NCBI GenBank assembly: GCA_965153355.1
Contig: OZ231126.1
Location: 48,732,001-48,796,000, forward strand
DNA length: 64,000 nucleotides
Reading direction: 5' to 3'
DNA from: Flaccisagitta enflata
Taxonomy: Eukaryota
The notes beneath the pieces were generated by a model. The model saw nothing but the letters and a program-made list of their open reading frames with translations, searched no databases and was not told where the DNA came from. Numbering within the stretch: position 1 is the stretch's first letter; each line of letters opens with the position of its first letter. Of this stretch, positions 26,601 through 40,800 are shown in pieces. Position numbers and translations under genes: made by a program.

Positions 26601-29600
26601 TAAGTACTGATACAGGAAAATGAAGTGTTAAAGTGACCTCATAGTGAAGTATTTTTCAAAAAGGAGAAGAAAAAAAATTCAACCCGCTTAAAATCATGCC
26701 AATATGCCTCCTTTAACATTTAATGGTGATGATATCAATGGCAAGTCCCTAGTTCATTGGTAGAGATTGACCTCGGATCCTAAATCTGAGTCCTTGTGAA
26801 TTTTCCTATTTCTCTTTTATACGCGGCCGGTCTGAAGGTAGTAACGGCATAAGCTCTTGCTTGGACTAATAGGGGCCCCCAAAAAAAACCATAATGAGGA
26901 TTTTTTTTTGAAAAAAAAAGAGTGGGGTGCAATCAATAGGAAATTGCTTGATTTGTCTAGATCCAAAATCTTGTAATTTCATTTTTTTCAGAAAAACTTA
27001 GAGAATTTTTGTGTCGGCTATATTTTAAAAGAAAGTTTAAAGATTCTCCTAGAATTTTTTCAGCTTGATATGGTTCAAACAAATGCTCATAACTTCTTAA
27101 GTATTTGAGCCAGAACCTTGAAATTTGGGTATTCTCCAAGAATTTTTTGCCGTCTTTTGTTTATCTGTCTTTTTAAGCGGTCTACTGCTTTAGGGTTAGG
27201 GGTGGGGTTAGGGATAGGGTTGGAATTTGTTTTAGGGTTAGGGTTAGGGCTAGGGCTAGCATTAGGGCTAGGGTGGGTTAGGTTTTACATGTTACAGTCC
27301 GAATCAGCTCGTATTAAAGCTTCGCTCTGGCGGAGGATTCAAAAAAAAAAAAAGCTTCAAAATTACAGTTCCCGACTGGGGACTAATTTTTGAAGCTTTC
27401 TCGTTGCATTTACGCAACTCGATGAGATACACGACAAGAGCAATTTCAAGAGAAAAAAAAGATATTCAATAATGTTTTAATGATAACAAAACTTGATAAT
27501 GATAACAATAGTGGATGATGTTGATGATAACAATGAATGATAATGACAACAAAAATCTAAGAAAAAAATATTCTAAAAATATTTTCAAAAAAAAAAAAAA
27601 ATTACAAAAAAAAAAATTTCAAAAAATTTTCAAAATAAAATTTCAAAAAAATTTCTAACCAAAATTTCAAAAAATTTTCACAAAAAATTTTCACAAAAAA
27701 TTTTCAAACAAATTTTCAAAAAAAAGTTCAAAAAAATTTTTAAAAAAATTTTTAAAAAAATTTTCAAAAAAATTTTTTAAAAAAATTTTTAAAAAAAATT
27801 TTCAAAAAATTTTCTAAAAAATTAAAAAAAAATCTTCAAAAATTTTTTTTCAAAAAAATTTAGTAGTTAAAGACGATTACAGTAGATGAAGACGATGACA
27901 GTAGTTGAAGACGATGACAGTAGTTGAAGATAATGACAGTAGTTGAAGACGATGACAGTAGTTGAAAACGATGACAGTAGTTGAAAACGATGACAGTAGT
28001 TAAACGATGACAGTAGTTGAAGACGATGACAGTAGTTGAAGACGATGACAATGAATTGAAGACGATGACAAGAATTGAAGACGATGACAATAATTGAAAA
28101 CGATGACAATAATTGAAGACGATGACAGTAGTTGAAGACGATGACAGTAGTTGAAGACGATGACAGTAGTTGAAGACGATGACAGTAGTTGAAGACGATG
28201 ACAGTAGTTGAAGACGATGACAGTAGTTGAAGACGATGACAGTAGTTGAAGACGATGACAGTAGTTGAAGACGATGACAGTAGTTGAAGACGATGACAGT
28301 AGTTGAAGACGATGACAGTAGTTGAAGATGAATCTTGAAATCCATGATGGCAAACCTAAAGAAAAATCAGAATGTAATAAATGAGCAAGTAAAAGAATTC
28401 CAACTCCAATCCTCTATAGAAATTGCCGAAGTCCTAGTAACATATTACTACCTTAATAAGCTAATATCATATAAACCAGACTTAAGATTTAATTCGAATT
28501 TTGCAGGGGCACTTCAATTAATATCCTTTACTTGTATACCAAATTAAAAAAGAATTCACATAACTTTGCTACCCTTTGCCTATGTAAACTGCCTAAGTCA
28601 TAGTATCATATTACTACATAAATAAGCTAATATCTCAGAAACCAGACTTCAGATTTAATTCGAATTTTGCAGGGCTTATTTATTTACTACCCTCTACTTG
28701 CGTACCAAATTGGAAAAAAAATTCACATACCTTTACTACCCTTTGCCTATGTAAATTGCCTAAGTCCTAGCAACATACTACTACATAAATAAACTAATAT
28801 CTCATAAACCAGACTTCAGATTCAATTCGAATTTTGCAGGGGTTGTTTATTTACTACCCTCTACTTGTATACCAAATTAAAAAAAAATTCATAAACCTTT
28901 ACTACCCTCTACCTATGTAAAACGCTTAAGTCCCAACTAAATATTACTTCAAAAATAATAGGCAAAGGGTAGTAAAAGTTAATGAATTTTTTTGAAAATT
29001 GGTGCACAAGCTCCTATTGACCTATAAACAACACCAGCAAAGTTTCATAAAATTCTGAAGTCTGGTTCCAAAAATATGAGAGGGTTTTAAACAGACAGAC
29101 AGACAGACGACAGACTACACATCACTGCTACTTCATAGTCACCGACAAAAACTGTTTGTCGGGGACAAAAAGACGGAAAAAATTCTTGGAAATCGCCGAA
29201 ATTTAAAACGTGCAAAACTGAAAGCGCTGAGCAGGTCCATGCAAAAGATTGAGCTACTGACTGACCTAGGAAAATTTTTTAGTCTAAGTCTATCATTGGT
29301 AATGCACTCGCAGCCATGGACTGGTCTGAGAGAATTGAGGTGTGAGTCTCTTGCTGAAATTTTAACTCAAAATATAACTTATAAACCAATAAATTAGCTA
29401 CTGTTAAATATTCATGATCCAATTAAGGATTTTGTGCTTTAACTCCAAATTGGAGTGGAAATTTCAAAATCGCCTTGGTGGCGCCACTTGTATAGTCCTA
29501 AGCTATGATTTACAACCCAGCACAAATTACTTATTACTATAGTTTAATCTGTAAAGGGGGGTGCTACAGTTTTAGGGGGTTCACACCCAGACGACGAACG

Positions 29601-31156
29601 TAGCCTTAGATGTGTAAAAGACTTTTTTAGGGTACCATCATTTTTTACCAAGCATATTCAAAATTCTTTGTTGCATTATTATTCATTTTATGGATCAAAA
29701 AACATTAAAATAAACTACCGGAATATTCTTTGGCCAGTTTCTAGTCTTTGATTACAAACGATTCTTGAAGGTTGTGAAACATAGTGCTATAAAAAAAGTA
29801 GAGAAGTGTTGATCGACCATTTTGTGCATCAATTTTGTTGAACAACAAAATGCTCTGTTTATGCAAGTTATGATGACTGCTCATGAATATCTTTTTCTTT
29901 CCTAGTTGCCATATTCATCGTTTCTTTTATCCAACTTCTATGGCCGGAAGAATTGATCTGACAATGGATTCTACTTAATTAGACATGAATCTATGGGAAT
30001 CAGGAAAAAAATCAATTCTTCCGCCAATTTAGGTACCCTGCGTACCCCCCCCTGGTTCACACCTTGTATCAACCATTCTTCTGTAAAGATTCTAGAAGTA
30101 GAAACTAACGTTCAATGCATGGACAGAGCCAGTCTGTTATCAAAAACGTTCAATGCAGAGCCAGTCTGTAACGCTCACATCAGGAAAATAAGTTGGAATA
30201 AATACTAGTTGCACTAAAACTAAATAGATCATTCTAAGATAACCATGACCGCGCACTCGGTCCATTTACCTCCACTTGCGTAAAACGTATACGTATTGGT
30301 AACGTATTTTCCTTTGTGCGTCTTGTAGATCCACTTCTCAGCAGTGATTCCATCTACGTGATCCATGCCCACATACTGAAAATAAATGAGACCGACGCCA
30401 CAAAGATACGTTAAAGAGAAGTTAAAACATCCCATGATTGCCATTCTCGGACCCTTTGGGGCCGCTGCCCCACTCATCTCCGCATTCCCTCATAGTCAAT
30501 TTAGTCATACATAAACTTTAAGGCTGACTGTCCATATGGCCATAGTTTTCGTTTATTGCAAAACCGAAAACGGGCGTTAGTCGGTGTAGGTTATACCTAC
30601 GTACTGAATACTGACCTGATAATCAGAAAGGTCCGGAATCATTATTTGGACATCTCCGCCGTCGATCTGAAAACAATCAATCTCATTCATCACCCGTTCA
30701 GTTGTGAAGGGATTGATTTTGTAAGAAACGTCCAAATCACCGCGCTGAATAGTTTTCATCGTTCCATCTGGTGTTAGAGATACAGTTGAAGCTTTTAGTT
30801 TGGTAAGATAGCGTTAATGGGGGGGGGGCGAATGGATAAAGGATGTGGCATGGGTAAAGCAGGGAGCCAATTCGGTCAGTTGCCATCCAAACGATCACGA
30901 AGAGTCTACACACATGGCGATAGAAACGAGTCAGCATAAGATATTCATTAATTTACTAACCATAATAGTCAATTCTGCTCATTTTGGTAGATCCACTGAC
31001 CCAAGCCTTGAAGGGTTCTGATATCTCGCCATAGGGCAGGTTTAAAGTGCCGGAAACAAAGTAATCGGGCCCGAAGTCAGGGGGCGTTTTCTTGACAGCG
31101 GCGGTGGCGCGAGATAAAGCGACGCCCAAGGTACAGAGGAAGGCGAAGAAAATCAT
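23691..31156 (-). CDS. 26/29-kDa proteinase-like (cathepsin L family with N-terminal extension), exons 31156-30961, 30767-30616, 30375-30270, 24575-24474, 23949-23691; catalytic-domain exons not found
   Basis: Signal peptide MIFFAFLCTLGVALS; G.L.LPYGEISEPF.AW, SRIDYY, PVPFRFDMMGYDSLIGSHYDHYYL, C..FPGPG, NPMKEY, I29 prodomain FDRFVKKHGKNY...RKNVFKHNLR; all junctions GT-AG and in phase. Confidence 0.9.
24107..24265. repeat. perfect palindrome, 79-bp arms with 1-nt spacer, in cathepsin intron 4
   Basis: 24107-24185 is the exact reverse complement of 24187-24265. Confidence 0.97.
27189..27282 (+). repeat. degenerate interstitial (TTAGGG)n-like tract
   Basis: TTAGGG/CTAGGG/ATAGGG units. Confidence 0.75.
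27862..28328. repeat. 19-bp tandem repeat (GAAGACGATGACAGTAGTT), ~24 copies
   Basis: Direct inspection. Confidence 0.95.
28420..29170 (-). mobile_element. HINE-like element carrying ~180-bp internal tandem repeats; relative at 31930-32880
   Basis: ~3 copies of a ~180-bp unit, (GACA)n, end hairpin GTCACCGACAAA...TTTGTCGGGGACAAAA; the 32-kb copy has a similar unit and ends GTCCTCGACG...CGTCGAGGACAAAA. Confidence 0.65.
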
Positions 31157-31967
31157 GGTAGTGTCACAGAGCTGCAGAGCATGGAATGAGATCAAAGTGG
31201 CAGTGGCAAATCGTATGTAAATTTCGCGACTATACTAGTATCAATTTCTTCTACATCGGTAGAAGTGTAGCCAATTCTACAAGTCGATGGACTCAGACTT
31301 CGTCCTTTTTCAAACGAGACCCTTTGAGCGTCTTTATTAGGATCTTCGCCCCGATTAAACATTATTCTTAACTCGGGCGAATCGGGAGGCGGTTTCGGAT
31401 GACTCGTGAGTCAGATAAGAGTCTCTCTCTCTCTCTCTTTCTCTCGATCATATGATTCCTGTTTTTGAACTTCTCGGCACATTTCTTTCATAGGACCTGA
31501 AGCGGTCACAGGCTTTCAGATCAAAGGGGGAGGTTTTATTCTTAATATTTCAATTCGCGGACTAGCGAACACAAGAATATTTGTAAGTCGCATTTTGGGT
31601 ACATATGTGAGTGTGCACGATGGTTTGTGAGCCCCTGCCGGCTGGTTGTAAAATGGTTAGAAGCTTCAAAACCCATCTACGTTGCTTCCTGACTACTAGG
31701 ACGCGATACAAATACACTTTTTTTAATAAGAACCTAGTTTATAAGCACATCAAGGCTTCGAATGGCCCCAAAATTAAGAACATCTTAAGAAGATACGAAA
31801 GCTTCAAATCTTGAAAAAAAAATTTCGCTTAAAGTAACATTGTAAGAACATTAACAAAACACTAACATTTTAGTACAATTAAGATGAAATTCTTTAATTT
31901 CTAATATAAATACCAAAAAAGCTTAAAAACAACAGTCCTCGACTGTAGTCTATTTCCTGTCTGACCC

Positions 31968-32100
31968 AGCTACTCAGTCTGACCCAGCTACTCAGTCTGA
32001 CCCGGCTACTCAGTCTGACCCGGCTACTCAGTCTGACCCGGCTACCCAGTCTGACCCGGCTACCCAGTCTGACCCGGCTACCCAGTCTGACCCGGCTACC
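31968..32100. repeat. 18-bp tandem repeat (GTCTGACCCGGCTACTCA), ~7 copies
   Basis: Direct inspection. Confidence 0.9.
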
Positions 32101-33234
32101 AATTGCATACTTTAAAGTCCCCAAAAAAAAAAAAATTTCTAAAAAAAAAATTTTTTTTTTTAAAAAAAAAATTTTTTTCAAAAAAAAAAAAAAAATTTCA
32201 AAAAAAAAAAAAAAAAAAAAAATTCAAATAAAAAATTTTTTTCAAAAAAAAAAAAAAAAAAAAATTTAAAAAAAAAAATCTAAGTCCAAGAAATAATGTT
32301 ACTAGATACATCATAAATACCCTTATATTTTCTTAACCAATACTCAGAATTTACTGAAATCTTGCAGGGGAGCTTTAATTGATGCAATGAACCTTCACAA
32401 CAAATTTGAACAACATTGGTGAACCTTTACTACCATTCCCCTATGTAAATTGCACAAGTCTAGGAATTAATACTACTAGCAAAATACCCTTATATCTTCT
32501 AAACCAATACTCAGAATTATCTGAAATCTTGCAGGGGAGCTTTAATTGATGCAATGAACCTTCACAACAAGTTTGAACAACATTGGTAAACCTTTACTAC
32601 CCTTCCCCTATGTAAATTGCACAAGTCCAGGAATTAATATTACTACAAAAATAATAGGCAAAGGGTATTAAATATTTATGAATGTTGTTGAAAGTTGGTA
32701 CACAGGTTAGTAATGCCCTCAAAATAACACTGACCAAGTTTCATCAACATCTGAGTTGTGGTTCTCAAGTTTTTAAGGGTTGACACAACAAACAACAACA
32801 AACAACGAACAACGAACGGCTTACTACACGATCAGTGCTATGTTATAGTCCTCGACGTAAACTGATCGTCGAGGACAAAAAATATCCCCAGACATTAATG
32901 TTTAGCATTGTTTTTATAATATTCAATAGAAATATATTTGATATGATCAAATAATAGTATAAGGTTCCATTTAAAGCGGGTCCGATAGTGTGGCGTTCTA
33001 CTGTATAGGAAAATCAAAATTATATGAGCAATCATACTCATCGTAGCCATAGCCGTACTTTTTAGCCGTAGCCGTAAACCCTGTCTAGTTCTCATAATAG
33101 GCGATTTGTGGCAAAACAGAGGAGCTGTGCAGTGGAACCTCGCTACATTAATTTGGGCGTCAGACGAATACATTGAAAGCACCTCAGAGGATTGAGTCAC
33201 CGACACGACGGACACATGTTGGGAAAGATACAGC

Positions 33235-34027
<793 letters not shown>

Positions 34028-34052
34028 AAAATCTCGTTATTCAGATTTTTCT

Positions 34053-34213
34053 AAGTCGCGTTACTTAGAATTTAGCACTTTTCTCATAACTCAGATTCTA
34101 TGTTATGAGAATTTGACAATTTTGTTATTTCTCATAACTCAGATTGTCTGTCTTTCTATCTTTTTCTCATAACTTAGATTTTTCTCAAAATTCAGTGTTT
34201 TTGTAGCTCTCTC

Positions 34214-34295
<82 letters not shown>

Positions 34296-34327
34296 ATCTC
34301 TCTCTCTCTCTTTCTTTCTCTTTTGTG

Positions 34328-34411
<84 letters not shown>

Positions 34412-35769
34412 TGTGTCTCTACTTTTTTTTTCGCTTTATTGATTGACAGTCTTAGGATACGTTAGCAAGTTATCCAAGCAGGCCCGGCCAGAAAAATGGC
34501 GGGCCCCTCTGCTGGCTCCCTTGGTTGGGCTCCCCTCCCACTTCAGCCTCCTTCTTTACTTCTAATATTTCAACTTTTACAATATTTTTTTACTGCCTTA
34601 AAGTTTGTTCCAGTGCTGAAACTTCAGCCTCCAGAACTTGTAACTTGGATAAAACCTTTTTTTTTCATTTTCTTATCTTATTTTGTTTTTATTTTTTTTT
34701 TTTTTTTTTTGATTTTTTTTTGTATTTTTTTTTTCTTTTTGTTTTTTTTTCTTTTTTTTTTTGTATCACAGAGGCTCTCACAGGTCCCACTGGTGCCTGG
34801 GCCTCCTATCTCAGATGGGGTGACCCCCCCCTGGCTGGGCCTGCATCCACAGATTGCATATGGTTAGCGGTATCCATTGCCCTGCTTCATTGCTGTTTTA
34901 AGGTAGTGAGGTCAGAGCAGGGACATATGTAACAGTTCACCCCCGTGTTCTTCAAAACATTGGCTCTGTGTCCATTTTATATACTCCACAATTACAAAAT
35001 TGTGATTTTACCTAGGTTGATAGAGCCAAGCTATTGGAAACAGTGGGTCAACGAGCTAGTTGTTAGCTCCGTCAGGAATACTAATCAATTAACCAATGGG
35101 CAAGCATGAGGGGGATTCTTGCAAGACAGAATTCTACAGTAGATCTCGTCTAGACTTGAGATAATAGGGGCGAGCATTGAAGGAAAACAAATGAAGCCAG
35201 GGGAGTGATATTTCAAACATAGACTAATAATGGGATGCTTTATTGCCCATGATAGCTGGTTGCCATAGAAACACATTTCCATGTATTCTCGCTAAAGTAT
35301 CAATATTTTGAGAGATTTTTTTAGGGAACATTGCTTAAAATAAAATTTGCTACAACTTTCCCACAGTATGATCTGTAAGAATGTCGCTCGTTTAGCGGTT
35401 GCTAGGGGTTGTCACACATGCATACGCTCCCTAGCAACGGCCAAACGAGCGACATTTTTACAGAACATACTGTGGGAAAGTTGTAGCAATTTTAATTTTT
35501 AATATTCCCTAAAAAAATCTCTCAAAATATTGATACTTTAACGAGAATACATGAATATGTGTTTCCATGGCAACCAGCTATCATGGAGAATTAAGCATCC
35601 TTTGAATATTCTATGATCCAAATATTGCTCCCCTGCCTTCATTCGTCTTTCTACAATGCTTGCCCGCGTTATCTCAAGTCTAGACGAGATCTACTGTACC
35701 TCCAAAGAAAAATATTTTTTTTTTTATTTTGCTATTTTGCATAAGTGCAGAGAAGAGAATAAGAAAAGT

Positions 35770-35818
<49 letters not shown>

Positions 35819-36009
35819 CAAACAGACAAACAAGTAAAAAAAGAATGAATGAAATGATAGAAAAAATTCTCATAACTTAGATTCTGAGTCATGAGAAAAA
35901 GATAGAAAGATAGACAATCTGAGTTATGAGAATATAATTCTCATCACTAAGAATCTGAATGATGAGAATTTCAAAATTCTCACCACTCAGATTCTAAGTA
36001 ACACGACCT
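34053..36009. mobile_element. long-TIR element (TTCTCATAACTCAGATT subrepeats) containing a nested palindromic MITE at 35137-35696
   Basis: GTCGCGTTACTTAGAAT...ATTCTAAGTAACACGAC ends; nested TA|CAGTAGATCTCGTCTAGACTTGAGATAA...TTATCTCAAGTCTAGACGAGATCTACTG|TA. Confidence 0.75.
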
Positions 36010-36013
36010 ACCC

Positions 36014-37113
<1,100 letters not shown>

Positions 37114-37823
37114 TGCATCGCTAAGGAATCGCTTCATACTCACTCCTTGCCTTACCTAGAGTTTTGTCAGCTTAACTGGAGATTTGCATACTTTATCATA
37201 TCAGACGCGGGTGAGGAATGCTGATGAGGAATGCGGATTGAGGAATGCTCGGAATACCGCGCTTGACGCTTTGTCTCCAGAAGATCGGGTGACCCCCCGG
37301 AGTTGAACGATACACAGGAAGATACCGCATTCGAATACTGAGCTGAGCTGCGACACGAAATATTTTGTCATCATTTTTTAAATTGTTCATAGTTTTTTCA
37401 GTTCAGTTTCATCGAGAAATGCATGTATTTTTAATCCATGAATCTTAATGAAAACAAGTGACGCGGGGTCACAATATCGTTGCGGACGGGTGGGCAGCGG
37501 CAGCCAACCCCCATCCACACCCAACCCCCTTCCGAACTCAGACCCATACACAAAAAGCTTCAAAAACGCTCGTTAACCCACTTTTCAGCTCGTGGTCACA
37601 GACCAACGGACGGACCAACGAACGGACAAAGCCTCTTATAGAGTTGCTTGTCCGCAACTAAAAACACTGCAGTGACACTGACACTGAGTAAAATGGACGA
37701 AACCTAACAAAATTTTCGCGTGTTTACATTCTGCTAGAATAAAAGTTCCTACAATGTTTGAGATCATTCTGCTAAAGTTCGGACGATGTTTGAGATGACT
37801 CATGAAGCATAGCTAAAGGCTGA

Positions 37824-40800
37824 TCACAGTATTTCCATGGCATCAGGCAGCTTGCGCTTGCTCGTACATTCGCTGTTGTGCTTGGTTGAAGTTGTGCAAC
37901 TGCAGGCGTAACAGACCAATACGAGAGAGAGAAATCCGAAGAGGCAAACAGGCGTAACGATGGCGGCGACAAATTGACGTGACTCCTTCATTTCTCTCGA
38001 AGATAATCGCTGCAATTCCTTTAGCGCGGCAGTTAACTCTTTCCGCAGCCGCGATTCATTCGACTGTGCATCTTTCAATGTCGCCTCCAAAGAAGAACTG
38101 GAGACTTCACACTGGCGTAAAAGTTTTTCTAGCTTGGACTGAGAAACAAGTGGAAATTGGGAACAAAAAAAAAATCAAAAAAAGAAAAAGAACCGAAGAC
38201 GGGGAGAGAAAAATAGTAAGAAAGAAAAAAAAAGAGTAGTAGGAAGAGGGAGAAGTTTAGGTCACTATAGACGACCTTTTCGTATCATCATGAGTTTGCC
38301 CCAGTGTACAAAGCATCGATAGTCTCGTAGATTTGTATCTAAACAGGACTACAGGAGTTAACACCTCTCACAAAATTAGGCGAACTGGGATCAGAACTTG
38401 TCAATAATTGCGTTATCAAGTTCAAAACAGGAGTCCAGGCTGGTGATATTTTCAAAATATGTTATTCCTATGAGGGCTCAACAAAAAAGACTTCAAATCA
38501 TGTCATCCAACAGCTGTAAATAGCGTCATCAAACAAAAACTTACAAATTTCAGGTTTAGTTTAGCTTCAAATTTGTGGCCAAATCCATTCTTTTTTACAT
38601 TTTTTTGCAACTGCCACTGACTAAATCATGGCGCTGTTGACTCATTTTTGTATATTAGTGATACAAGAACCAGAAAATTGATGTTTTCTTGCCTTATTCA
38701 TGGGAAATTTTAAGGAGGTTAATGTTGTCTCATCATCAAAAGTTTCCGCGCTAAAATCAGTCAAAATCTTTTACTAGATTTTTTACATAACCTTTTCCCA
38801 GAGCCACGCACTTTCCCGGGTAAACAATTTTGCCCCATTTGCGAAAATAGTATATTTTAGCTGCCTCTGTGTCAAATTTCAGCCCACTGAATGCATTTTT
38901 TCTGTCAATTTTGATCATTTTGCCAGTTCGTTTAATTATATGAGAGGCGTTACAATAGAATTGAGATGCCTCTGATTGCCCCTCTGCCCTCTGCCTTCAA
39001 ATTTCTTCCTCTGATTTTCTTCCCTTACCACTCACAAAGCAGTGCAGATCGGGATTAAGTAGCGGGGTAGTTTCAGCACAGATCAAACCAAACTGAAAAC
39101 CCTCAAAAAATATAATTGCTCTTTTTAGTCGCGTGCTACGCGACTCTACACCTCGCTTTTTGTTTTTGGCCATACCGCTCCTGCCCAAATGCTTCACTGA
39201 CCTCAATTATGGCCCCTGCCCACCCGCACGCGACTGGGGTAGCCGTGTATCCGGCCTTGTTTGGTGAGAGGGTACAGTACGATGGGAGCAATGACGACCT
39301 AGACTGGAGGATAGATTCTATGTATCCTAATTTCATTTGTATCATAAAATATTTGAAATTTAAGCTAATTAAAGGTTGCTCTGAGTGAAAATGTTTGCGT
39401 CTCTCAAACTTCAACTTGCGACTTGACCTCATCAATACTTTATTTTTTGAAATTCTAACCTGTTTTAATAAATTGAGTGGAAAATTTTAAATCATTTTGA
39501 AAAAAAAATCAGCACAATCAGTTCATTTTTATAGGTTTTATAAGTTTTGCCCAAAAACTAATTTGCATAATTTTTGTTCATTAAAGATAGCTGTAAAACC
39601 TGTATAAATAGTCCGATTAAGCTGATTTTTTTTCAAAATCATATAAAAATTTTCACCCAATCTAATGAAATAGAACTTTGAGAAATGAATTCTTGATGAG
39701 GTCAAGTCACAAGTTAAAGTTTAAGAGACGCAAATATATTCACTCAATAAAGCCACCTTTAATAAGCCTAGATCTCAAATATTTTATGATACAAATAAAA
39801 TTAAGATACCTAAAATCTATCCTCCAGTCCTAGTCGTCATTGCTCCCATCGTACTGTACCTCTTGGGGAGTAATTCAAGAATCCCGAATATTTTTGCTCT
39901 TAGAACCAGATTTTGGGTTTTGCGGGAGATAGAAAATTTGACTCCCGGGGGTACCCCCAAAACTTTAAATTGCCATATCTCAGCCATTTCTAGTCGCGCG
40001 CTACGCGACTCCACCCTGCTACATGTCGGTCCGTCAGTCGGTCCCCTCTTTACTTTTTCTGCATATTTGAGTGTTTTGAGCTCACTGCTCCTGCCCAAAT
40101 GCCCCAGTGACTTTCTCCATTACTACCCTTTCCCACCCGCATGTGACTAGGGTAGCCGTGTATCCGGCCTTGTTTATAGTGAAAGGACAATCATGGTATC
40201 AATCTTCTTGTATTTATTCAAAGAATCTGATGGGAAAAAAATTAGAACCAAAAATATTTATTTCGGGGGTTTCCCCCTAGGGGTACCTAGTATGTAGAAA
40301 TTTTGGAAACAAGGCCAAGTAGGCCAATAAGGTGCGACGTGTGGATCGTTGAACGAATGCGTTACCCAACCAACTGACCAACAGACACAGCTAGTTATAG
40401 AGGTGCTTTGTTATTTCATATTCAAGAATAAAGAGGGTGAAACCTTAACTCCTTAGTACAAAAATCAACTGAAAATGGGTGGTAGAGCCAATTTTGGGAG
40501 ATTTTGACGGGAGATTTTGACATCTTTGGTCACCATAGTAAAAAATGGCTTTACCACCCAATTTTGGCCCTTCATTTGGGTGGTTTTAGGTGGTTGAGGT
40601 GGCCTGGGTGAAATATGCTTTGTCGTTGCTCGATAACTACCACTGTGTAGCTGATTTGGGTGGTTTTAGGTGGTTGAGGTGGCCTGGGTGAAATATGCTT
40701 CGTCGTTGCTCGATAACTACCACTGTGTAGCTGATTTGGGTGGTTTTAGGTGGTTGAGGTGGCCTGGGTGAAATATGCTTCGTCGTTGCTCGATAACTAC

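Larger units (their letters stand above)
24729..29571. mobile_element. TIR element with multiple nested insertions filling most of cathepsin intron 3
   Basis: AACTGTAGCACCCCC...GGGGGGTGCTACAGTT and inner TACAAGTGGCGCCAC...GTGGCGCCACTTGTA inverted pairs. Confidence 0.7.

Noticed and set aside
32895-33215. 106-aa reverse ORF in unique sequence
   Set aside because: Non-ATG start, no splice signals or recognisable motif
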